A stretch of 64,000 nt of DNA from Podarcis vaucheri. Taxonomy: Eukaryota. The translations under genes were made by a program, and so were the position numbers. The DNA is taken from the NCBI GenBank assembly GCA_965113315.1, contig OZ220372.1; one strand, given 5' to 3'. Below are positions 51,001-62,288 of this stretch, one piece after another. The notes under the pieces were generated by a model. The model saw only the letters and a list, made by a program, of their open reading frames with translations, had not been told where the DNA came from and searched no databases. How positions within the stretch are numbered: position 1 is the first letter of the stretch; the number at the start of each line of letters is the position of its first letter.

Positions 51001-54000
51001 TACAGAAGACAAGACTGCCACATGACAGCAGTGGTACATGCAGGCTTTGAGCGGCAGGTTGTCAGTACAAACATCTGAGGTCTGGCACAGCTGCCTTTTA
51101 GGTTATAACCCTGCTCAATATTATGTGTAGCTGATTCCTCTGTGACAGTTCAGAGAGCCTCATTTGTGCCCAGACATATGCCTTTTCTATTTTGATCTAT
51201 TCTTTAGCACAGTTTCAGATTGAAAGGAGAGTTCCTGCCCCTGCTGCCCCTTGAGAGGGTTCCTTGAGCTCCATCCGCACAGGGCTCACCGGATTCCCTT
51301 GTACCTCTGTAGAAACGGGCTGTGCTTGTGTGTCTCTTAATTAAGCTGGAAAGACTGGCAAACGGATGGATTTGATTTGAGCGGTGGGTGAAGTGCCTGC
51401 GCTGTCCCCAGAGGCTGTATTAAACTAAACCAAATAGACTAAGGATTCAGTTAGCTAATGAGGAGAGAAATGAGACCGAAAGAGAGGAAGATAGTGGGAG
51501 CGGAGAGTTGGCAAAAACAGGAACACACACACAGGGAGATCAGCTGAATGGAGCATAAATGGAGGAGGACAAGGAAAGGGACAGAAATAAAAGGGAGAAA
51601 AAGGTAGGAAGCTGTGTTGGTTCGTCTAGATCAGTATTGTTAGTAGCAGCGCTTCTCCACGTTTTCAGATAGGGAATCTGTCCTGGCCCTACAAGGAGAT
51701 GCCAGGAATTGAACTTGGAACTTTCCGCATGCAAAGCAGTTGCTCTACCACTGAGCTACAGCCCTTCCCCAAAATAGAGAGCAGGAACTGAAAGGGAGAT
51801 ATAGAACAAGGAAGCAAAAGGAGGTGGAATGCACTTCAGATGGTTACTTCACCTATTAATCCCCCTCCCCATTCATTCATTTAGTGAACACAGACACTTG
51901 TTGCCCGGTGGGCTTACCAGCTATTTCTGCCCCGAAACCACAGTGAGGTAACATCTTTAGTAGGAACCAACCCAAATGTCACAGAGTTGTTCCCAGGACT
52001 GAGAACAAATTGATTAACTGCTTTATTTCATTTTTGTTTAAATGGGGGTATATCTATTATTTCTTCTTGATCCCAGCTGCTCTTGGTACAACCTGTAATC
52101 TGCAAAACACTTACCAGAGGCTAATATGCAATTACTCCATCTTAAAAGACTGTTACAAACTGCAGACTCTGGGGCTTTAGCATCATGAACTTTTTTTTTT
52201 ACTACACTCACCCAACAAATAATTTTCTAAATATCCAGTCTGAAGATGTTTGGAGGAACTCAAAAGCTTTGTGACATATTGGTTTGGCCTAACAAATGTA
52301 GTATTCTAGCATGGCTTTAGCATCTCCCCTGCCCTGCAACGAGTCAACAGAGCTACGTATGTTTTTTATAGGCTACATCTTCCTCAGTCAACCTAGAGCA
52401 AATGTATCCCATTCCATTTGAATATTTGCCAGATTTGTTTGGTCTTCAGACCCTGGCCTCAGATCACAGGACCACTATTGCTACTGCAAAGCCTCCAATT
52501 GGGTCTTCCTTCCATAATTTATTGTGGGGTGGGGAAGATGTGCAAGCCTAGTATAGAGCTGTGCACAAGATATAATCATAGAAGCTCTAAGGGAACATGG
52601 CAGATACAGGTGCCTTGTCCAGGTGCTGCTTGATTATATACGTAGGTCCTTAAATACATGAACCACCTACCAGCTCCTAGAGCCCCCCAAATTCCCTACA
52701 GAAAAAGTAAACTCATTTGAACATTGTTGTGTTGATGCCCCAACAACCACAACATGCTAGATAACAGCCATACTTTTCAAGGTACACAGTATCACCTCAG
52801 ACTGCCAAGTTAATTTATTGTTCACTGCCCACCAGTCTAGCTACCTGTTCATGGTGCTCAATGCCCATGCTGATGGTGTTCACAAGGATGGCGATCATGA
52901 TCCCACGGTTGAAGTATTTGCTCTCCACAATTCCCCTCAGTTTAACCCTGACTTCTTGCCACACGTCACTCCAGAGAGCCAGCTGTCCACCTTCCTCTCC
53001 ATCCTCCTCCTCTTTCTCCAGGTCTGTAGTCCCGGTGCTTTCTTTTCTTCCATCTCCCTCCTCTTCACTGGGTCCTCTTCCCTCTTCCTGATCTGAATCG
53101 GCACTCTCAAGCACAGAGAGTCTACGGGCTGCTTCCCGCTGGGCCTTGTGACATCTTGGGCAGTTGCTAGGGTCAGACGTCAAAGTCATGGCAATCGGTT
53201 GGCCAAGGCCTTGTGGCACATAATCAACACAGTTGTGCTTTCGGCAACGTCCTGGGGAATAATAAATACAGGGATCAAATTTAAGGGGAAAGCAGTGCTA
53301 CATTTCCGCATCTGTTAGGCAAAACAGGTCCTAAACTGTATTGCTAGCCATTTTAAGTGTGAAGGAAATTAAGCCCTGGAACCGTCTGCCAAGGGAAGTG
53401 TTAGGCTCATCATCACCAAGAGACTTTAATGGAGATTGTTTGTCTCTCAGAGACATGCTCTACTTCAGCTACAATAGATTAGACTCAATTGTGTTCAGCT
53501 CTGTAGTAGGGGTAGGATAATTCTCCAGACTGCAGGAATCACTAAATAAGAGGCCATGGCGTGTATTATCTCAGAGGTGAAAAAAAGAAAAAATATCAAA
53601 GCTTCTTCTCTCCCTAAAATCTATGATTCCCTAGTTATCACTTAAATAAATTGTTTCACTTGCACAACATATTGCTGAAAAGGTCCTTGCCTGTGTTCAT
53701 CAGAACTGCTGAGTTTTTACTTAATGTCAGTGTTACCTGTTATATCTGTAGAAAGAACAACAACATGAAGAGAAAGTATAAAACAGTCCATTGTTGCAAA
53801 CTTGCTCAAAAAGTTATGCGGATTTCAAGCTAGAAGCACAGACTTGTTCGCCCCTGTTCCTCACCACATGAAAATTTAGCAGAAACAGGCAAGAATGCAC
53901 AACTTCATGCTCCTACGGGTCATGCCACACTTTTTAAAAAATATGTAAAGCTAAGATACTTTATACCTGAATATGCAAAGTGTGAAGGCAACCAGTTCAT

Positions 54001-57000
54001 CAGAAGCACAAGTAAGGAAACTAGGCTTGACTGCAACTCCCTGCTGAGTGTGCAAGTTCACCCTGGCAAAATGGAGCAAAACTGGACAGGCTGATCTGAT
54101 TTGACAAGCTGAGGAAACCTCTTTAGCTTGCACTGGCAGTTGGACTGTTCTTATAACCAAAGTAATCTTGTGGGATCCAGAGAGTGGTCAAAGTTGAGTG
54201 GCAGAGCACGTGCTTTGCATGTAAACATCGCCCGGCACCTCTCAATACTGAGCTAGATGGATCAATGGCATGACTCAGGGCCAAACTAGATGAGACATAA
54301 AATGCATTTGTTAAAAATACAGTTGGCTTCTTTGAAGCTGCTGTATGCTTTGATACTGGCAACACCATGGGATTTCCTCCCAATACATATATCAGCTTCA
54401 GAGGTGGGTTTGCTTTTTGTTTTTTTAAACTCAGGACCACAGTAGGGGAGGAAAGAATTAAATTTCCCCTTCCTGTGTTCTGCAATCCCCAAAATATCAG
54501 CTGCTATTAAAAATACATGTACAGTATATTACTGTAAATAATTATTTAACATTGCATCCAATTTGGCCCTCAGTATAAGGTAGCTTCATATGATCAGGCA
54601 GTAACTTAGAGACCCGCCTCCCATTTATTTATCAAATCCAACAGTCTTTAGATACTCAGCTACAGGGAGTGGGGTTGAAAGACAGCTGCAGTTATCTGAG
54701 AAATGTGCCTTTAGTTTCCAGTATTGATTGGTGAGCTCCTTATAGCTTGATTTGGAAAAGGTTTGGGGTAAAACATTCTCCTCATGTCAGAAAAATCCTT
54801 CCCCCCCACTCCAAGCCCATTCCAAAGTTTCGGCTGAATCACACAGATGATGATGTCATCAGAAACATAATTGGGTTTGAAGGCCTCAACCTCCAAATAA
54901 ACACCCCCCCCATGTCCCCTTCTTTTCTCCACAAACTTATGAACGAATCTCAAGATGGCACAACTCCATTGCTTCCTCAGTTGGCACCATGGAATTTGGG
55001 TTGGAAAGGGAAGTGGGCAGCTGTGGTGGTTTGTGGAGAGGGCTGGTACCAGGATGAGCTCATTAAAACCAGGCCCAAACTTTGGTTAGGGTTTGATGTT
55101 TGAGTTTGATTCACAAAGGGCTTAGGAAGCCAAAGCCAGAGTTTGCTATTCTGAACTCACTCCCTTATGAATCTCAGTACTATTATTATTCCTAACATAC
55201 CACCGTAAAAGTGTGCAAGTTTTCTTTTAGAATGAGGACAGAACATCAGAGCAGGAGTGGTCATGCAGAAAGAAATCATCACCTCTAGGTGATAAAATGC
55301 TCTCTCATCATTAGAAAGCCAGAGATTGCAGGTCTGGAAGAAAAAGCGATTTCTTTGCTTTATCCTTTTCCCTGCTAAATTCACCTTGATGGAAAGTTAA
55401 GCACTAAAATGTAGCTTTAAATGTTGCTGTTCTCAGGCTAGAAATGCATGTTCAAGTACAGCATTTACCTACAGCCTCAGTTCCTTTACTGTTAGGTGCT
55501 CCTGCCTTACTGCTGTGGCAGAGGCATTCCTTTTGCAATGTCATCTTGGAATGAATCCTTCAGGAAGCACAGAGGTGTGATGCCATAGACAAGAAAGGAT
55601 CAGGAGGTCAACAGGAAAGGGAGCCCAGCAATGGCAGGAAAGATGGTTATATAAGAATCCCAGTAAAGGGTGGTTCATTAGTTGGCATGGTTGGAGAGCT
55701 GTATTTCTGGAGCCAGATAAGGTCCAGGATAGCCCAAGAATTCAAGTAACATCTGAGTGATCTGGCATCATTTTAAAATATTAAATTACGTTCTAAAATC
55801 CCTGAGACTCAACTGTGCTGAAGCCACTGAAGCTATCAGTAGAAAGAACTGTTGGTTACTGCAAACTTTTGGATGCCCTCCAGGATAATTTTACAGGACC
55901 ATGGCTTGCTTTCCATGCCACAAATGATTTAAAATGTATTTTTTATATTCAACAAATAAGCCGTTCAAAATGTCCTCCTGCGTAGATTTTGCCACTGAGC
56001 TTTACTGCAAGCCTGTCCTCCTTAAAAATGCTAGATTACCTCGGTTTTAATGGTCAGTGAAGTCTAATCCTCTTTATTGTAAAATCAGTTTCTGCAAATG
56101 TGTTTCCATTTGCCTGCCTCATATTTTATTATGGCAATTTTTCTGACCTACAAAAGGGGCTATTTTTCTCAACCTGAAGATCTGATGCATCCTAGATTAA
56201 ATCAATGAACAAATCTCTCACCAACAGATTCTACTCAGTGTTTGTCCAGTGTACTGCCTTCTCCTCTATGGTCACTACGTAAGAGTTTTCCATTAGCATT
56301 GCCATCTCTGTACCTACCACATAGTGTTTTCTAGTAGCATAGAGAGTCATGTGTTTTAAGTACTCTGATTCATACGTGTGGTCTTATCAATCACTTATTT
56401 CCTCTCTCTTCCCCTACCACCACCATTCTGCTGGCTTGGCCTCGCAAATCTTACTGTATTGCCTCTGGTCTTTCCCATTCATGCTCCTCTTGGCAGCGCT
56501 CGGCTCCGTTCGGCCCAGGCGCCGATCCTGCAGGCTGTTGTAGAAGCCAAGGGTGCGGCGCTTGGCCTTGCGTACAATATGGCAGACGTATTGGAAGATT
56601 TCTTCATAGCAGTCTCCTGGTTCCATGTAGCTGGCCACAGTGCTGGAGGACAGGTACCGTGCTCGCTGCTCCTGCATCAGTTGGTGCTCTCGCTGCTTGG
56701 TCTCCGAAAACTGTGTAGCAATGACCACAAGGCATAGGTTGATCATGAAGAATGAGCCCACCTAGGAACCAGAGGAGAAGAGAGGCATAAAGCATGAATT
56801 TAGAAGGAGGCGGGGAAACAAAAATCTGGAAGGGAAAAAAGGTACAGATACAGTTGAAATGTTGCCTCCTGGAGAAGTATATTTATTATTTACCTTTATG
56901 GAAATCTTACATCCTGCTTTTCTACTTGACAAAAGACCTCCAAAGCAGTTGAAAATAAGTCTGCAAGTCTGTCATCAAGATGCATTAGGTTGGCAGGCAA

Positions 57001-60000
57001 CAAAAGCATGCCTTTTTGGGTTGTGGTCCCATATCATGGAACTTGCTCCCAATTTTTAAATAGGCCTTGAAGACATTCCTATTTCAAGCTGGTTTTAACT
57101 AATATTCAAAATCCTCTTGATTGTTCTCAACTATTGCTGTTCTAATGTTCCATTTTAAGCTGCTTTTAATTAACATATGTACTGCTGCAGTTCAATTGCT
57201 TCTACGCTGGTGTTTCTAATATTTTAGCACTGATAGTGATTTAAATGTTAGGTTATGATTGTACAAGGAATAGGAATTTTATAGGATTATTTAGTTTTTT
57301 AGTATGATTTGAGCTGCCTTGGGATGGTTAGCCCTGTAAGGCAGCCTACAAATGATGAAATAAATAAATAGATAAATGCATTTTAAAGGCAGTGGAAACT
57401 CTAGGAGGATGGAAGGAAAAGAGAATGATGATTGGAAATGTCCATGCCTAAGATGCCACTGCTGCTGCTGCTGCTGCTATGGCTGTAGGAACAACCTTAA
57501 TTTGGGACAGGTCCTCAGTGAGAAGATTTCCAGCTGCATTCCATGATGGGAAAATACCGGGTTTACTATTTTTGACTTCACCATTATGCAGCCTCGGGTA
57601 AAGGGCTTTGGCAGGGGGCGTGACTGGAGGGGATGTGATGTCCAGTTTGGTTTTGTTCCCTTGATTGCTCTTTACTTGGACTTCCAGTCTCTCCTGTGCA
57701 TAGTTAAACTATGGAACTTGCTCCAGCAGAAGGCAGTGATGGCCAGCAACTTGGATGGCTTTAAAAGATGACTGGACAAATTTATGGAAGATAAGATTAT
57801 CAATGGCTACTAGCCATGAGGGCTATGCTCTGCCTCCATAGTTGGAGGCAGCGAAGCTTCTGAACACCAGTTGCTGGGAAATACAGGAGGGGAGGAGGCT
57901 CTTGGCTTGGGTCCTGCTTGCAGCTTTCTCACAGGCACCTGGTTGGCCACTGGGAAAACAGGAGGCTGGACTAGGCGGGCCATTGGCTGATATTGCAGGC
58001 TCAGCTTATGTTATTAAGTTCTTAAAGAAGAATCCTAAAAGAGATCTGTTTCCACATGTCTTTTTCAACTAATTGAGGTGTTTTAATTCAGTGTATCTCA
58101 TCTTTCATCTGTCCTTTCCCTTGTGTGTCTATTCGTTTAGGGTGTAAGTCTGCAAAAATGACTCTCCCTTGCCTTTTGTGCTCAAAAACACTATTCTAAT
58201 TTTAACAGCTCAGGAAAACCAATTTCATTGGCAGCTCTGATATTGGGCCTAATCCTGAATATTAATTTAAATGGTGAGATATTTCTTACAAGGATGGCTC
58301 TCAAAAATGCTGGTTTGGTTATTGGCATGTCTATAAAACTATTTCAGTCAAGGTGTAATTCTGCCTTCATTATAATTAACACCCTTTCATTGACTTTGCC
58401 TTCTCAGTTCCCACTACAAAAACCCTTCTTCTTCTTTGGCGATCACACATAGCCGAGTAAGATTGTCGTCCATGAACACATTCTTAACAGTGAGTCCGTA
58501 GGTGACTGTGGAGGCCAGTTCTGGATCCACACGTCCTTCCACAGTGGGGACATTGGTTTCCGGGTGGGAGTTGATCATGGTGTGGATCTGCCAAGCGTGC
58601 CTTCCTCTTAGCACATTTCTCCCTTGTGTCCTGAGTTCGAGAGTCTTCAAAGCTCATGACACTTTTGGTAAAGGCTGTTCTTCAATTGGAGCACTCACAG
58701 GCCAGTGTTTCCCAATTGTTAGTGTTTATACTACATTTTTAAAGATTTGCCTTGAGACAGTCTTTAAACCTCTTTTGTTGACTACCAGCATTACGCTTTC
58801 CATTTTTAAGTTCAGAATAGAGTAGATGCTTTGGAAGACGGTAATCAGGCATCCGCACAACATGACCAGTCCAGTGAAGTTGATGTTGAAGAATCGTTGC
58901 TACAAAAACTCATTTCACAACTCATACATTATAAACCAATACAAAAGGGTTATTTACCATCACACACAAGCTAACCCAGGATAACACATGAAAATAAGGG
59001 GAAACATTTTTCCAAATGCACTCTGAAGGTCATCTGCCTCACAATCTGTTGGGTAAGGCATAACACACCAAAGAGAACCGACCCAAGAATAAGCATAAAG
59101 AGCCAATTCTATCACCTACTTAAGTCATAAGAACGGGGTAGGAAGTGATTGTTTCTCCACCTAGCCATGTTCAAACATAATTCCCCACGTGATGCCTCTG
59201 CACTCCTGGCACTCAGCTCACACAAGCAAAGGTGCCCAAAGGCTCCATCAGAATATTCAATCCAGGAGCTCTTTCAGCATTTCAAAGGGGGTACAATATT
59301 GCTAGCACTTGAAAAAGCTTTGAAGAACTGAAACGTTCCTGGCCAGCTTCAGTGTTAGGACAATAAGCTGTTTCAAAATAATATATTTATTTATTGAAAA
59401 AATGGCATTCAAAGCTGTTCTAAAGCTGTTTTGCCTTTAACCATCTGGTCCTCCTCCACTTCAGCTTGTCCACTCTTTAGAATACTGAACACAGTGTTGG
59501 AGGGGAAAAGAAAAGAGGGAGAAAGCACAGTTTGGTTTAAAATAATCCCTTCTGACCTGTAAAGATTTTGCAAAATGCTCTCTGCTTTTCTTGTTTGAAA
59601 TTGTGACGGTTGTGAGTCCTCTCCTCTTCTAAATGCATTCCCTCACACATTCCTATTCTCACCTTTTTGACTGAACAGAAATGGCAAGTATTTCACGAGT
59701 CTTCTGAGAGTAGAGCCTTCCAACTCCAACTCCCATCAGCCCCAGTCCACACATTGGGGGAAAGCTGTATGGGAATGTACACCAGGACTGGAGAAGCTGT
59801 AGCCTGCTAGATCCTGCTGGACTCCAAGTCTCATTGTTTCTATTTATTGTTCATGCTGGCTGGGGCTGATGGGAGTTGGAGTCCAACAACATCTGCAGAG
59901 TTACAGCTTCTCCAGTCCCAGTGTAGAATTCCATACCCCCTGGCTGCAAGCTGGGTGAATGGAAAGAGAAGATGGAATCCAACCTTTAGAATAGTTCAGC

Positions 60001-62247
60001 GTCACAAACTGCAGCAAGACCAGAATGCAACCTCATTCATAAAGAGGGAGAAAATGAAATGTTATATGGGCATTTAGTTTAGCTGGTGTAGACTAGCCTC
60101 CCAAAGGGGGATACAGGAAAAAGGGGACACGAGTTTTGCAAGAGACTAGAATCTTCCATTCTCTACAGAAAATGTATAGAGCCATCCAGCACCCTTAGCC
60201 ATAGTAAAAAGGGCAACAACAGAACTGAAGTTGATATGGGTAGGAAGAAAGAAAGGGGGGGAATATATATATTCAGGTTATACTTGCTCTGGACTACAGA
60301 AAAAGAGGTTAAAAGTCACACTCTTAACAAGAATGAATGGCTGTGCTCCTTATTATACCACTATTGGTGATGGAAGACATGTGTTGGAGTATATAAAGAT
60401 TTTGCTGGCAGAAAAAGTAAAGTAAAGTAAATGTAGTTCTTGTAGGGAAGGGGTGAGAGAAAATTGGTTCAATTTATATTTTAAAACAAATCTATCTAGT
60501 GAGTGATTCCTGAGACAATATGCAAACAGAAACACAGTTATCCTTTGAAAGACACACCTACACAATTTGCCAACAAAAAATGTGTACAAAAATGCATATA
60601 TCAGGGGAAAGGATGCATAATAATGCATTTATGTAAACTAAAACATTAAGAATTTTTTTGGAAGGACTTCTTAATTTTTTTAACAACTGATGTGTCAATT
60701 TGGAGAACTGAATTTAGGATTGATAAAAAGGGGAAACTGAGAGAAACCAAAACTGATGTGAGAATTGTTTCTAAAAACATGTCCTTGAATAATTTTTTAA
60801 AAATGTATATTTTTAGTACATGGGGGTATTTTGCTTCTTTCCTTTTTGCCAGAGCTATTGTCCAAGTTTTGTGGATGTGGGAAAATTCTGACAAAAAAGG
60901 AAAAAGGAGCAGAAATTGCTGATATTTATTTGTCCCTTGTCCAGATGGAGATCAATCCATTGCAAATGATTAGTATTCTCTGTCATTGTTGCTTTCAGTC
61001 AGCACAAATATGTAATTCATTATGTAACTCACACACCCCGTCATTTTGCATTGAGAGTTCTTTGCATTGAATGATGGACTATATGGAACTGGCAGAAATG
61101 ACTGGCAGAATCCGAGACCAGGGAGAAGAGTTGGTGGAAGAAGATTGGAAAAAGTTTAAAGACCATTTACAGAAATATTGTAAAAATAATGAATGTTAGA
61201 ATGATGTTGGATAGAAACTAAGTGGTCTATAGCTGTAATGTTATAAGGGAAGACGCGAAAATGGACGATTAATAGGTAAAAATCCAATGTTACAATATTT
61301 TAAGATTGAAGACCAGGATAAACAAAGAGGGGAGGGATTTGCTGAACTAACTATCTGAACAGGAATACAGAAAAGGGAGGCGTGAGTAGGTCCGGGAAAT
61401 AAGCATATGAAAGATAAGTCATTGAAAGAGCGAATTGTTTTTAACTATTTTTTTGTATTTTTCTTTTTTCTTTTTTAATTTTGTAATATTTTGAAAATTT
61501 CAATAAATATCTTTTTTTAAAAAAAGAGAGTTCTTTGCATTGAAATGAATGGGGTGGAATAAATGAGAACACAATTACTTAAGTTATGTAAGATTTGTAA
61601 TTTTACCACAGTGGACAATGAGACAAATAATATGGTTTTTTATGGAAGATGAACTGCAGCAGAATAGAAGCAGTGCTGCAAGCAATTACAGGGTGGAATG
61701 GAAAACAGTGCCTTCTTCCATCCCAACTTCCTATAAGCAGGCAAGTTAACAGCTGTTACAGGGGTTCTGGAGACCCCATCCAACTGGCTCCTCCAATGAT
61801 GTGCCCAGGCCTTCGTGTTCTATTTATCAATTCCACGAAGCCAGCATGGAATGTGATACCTCTTGGAGCCAGTTCAGAGGAAATGCCATGTGGTGAAAAA
61901 CCCTGCTTCAGGCTAGCCATTGGGTGAACTGTCAGGCAGGATGGACTTCTCCAGGAGTCACAAAGGTCTGGGTTTTTGTATTGGTTTTCTTTAAAAATGA
62001 GGTATAGGGAGCAAAGAAGGTGCTTTCATTCTCAATAAGAAAAACAAGCAGCTCAGGAAAAGGAAACTTGTTTCAGCTGTCACCCTTAATGAAGCTTTTC
62101 AATCCCAATTTAAAATACTCTCTGCTTTCCTTTTTTCATTAGCTTTTATTGCTTCTTTTTAATCACCTACTTAACTCATGCCTGTGGACAGTGGCTTGGA
62201 AACACTGAAAGTCTAAGTGACTACAACTCCTTTAGATGAATGCGGCA

Positions 62248-62288
<41 letters not shown>

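Noticed and set aside
51425-51600. Pyrimidine tracts with AGs on the minus strand (possible further microexon LTESLVYL)
   Set aside because: No credible donor (GTTTAG or GTGTGT), and the tract abuts a SINE tail.
53254-56454. Homologue of the human alternative exon 9 in the I-II loop
   Set aside because: No phase 1-1, frame-preserving exon with recognisable similarity found; the candidate at 55161-55333 is 173 nt.
56378-56737. Plus-strand ORFs overlapping exons (also 1105-1491, 16258-16566, 22380-22646)
   Set aside because: Antisense shadows of CACNA1I coding exons.
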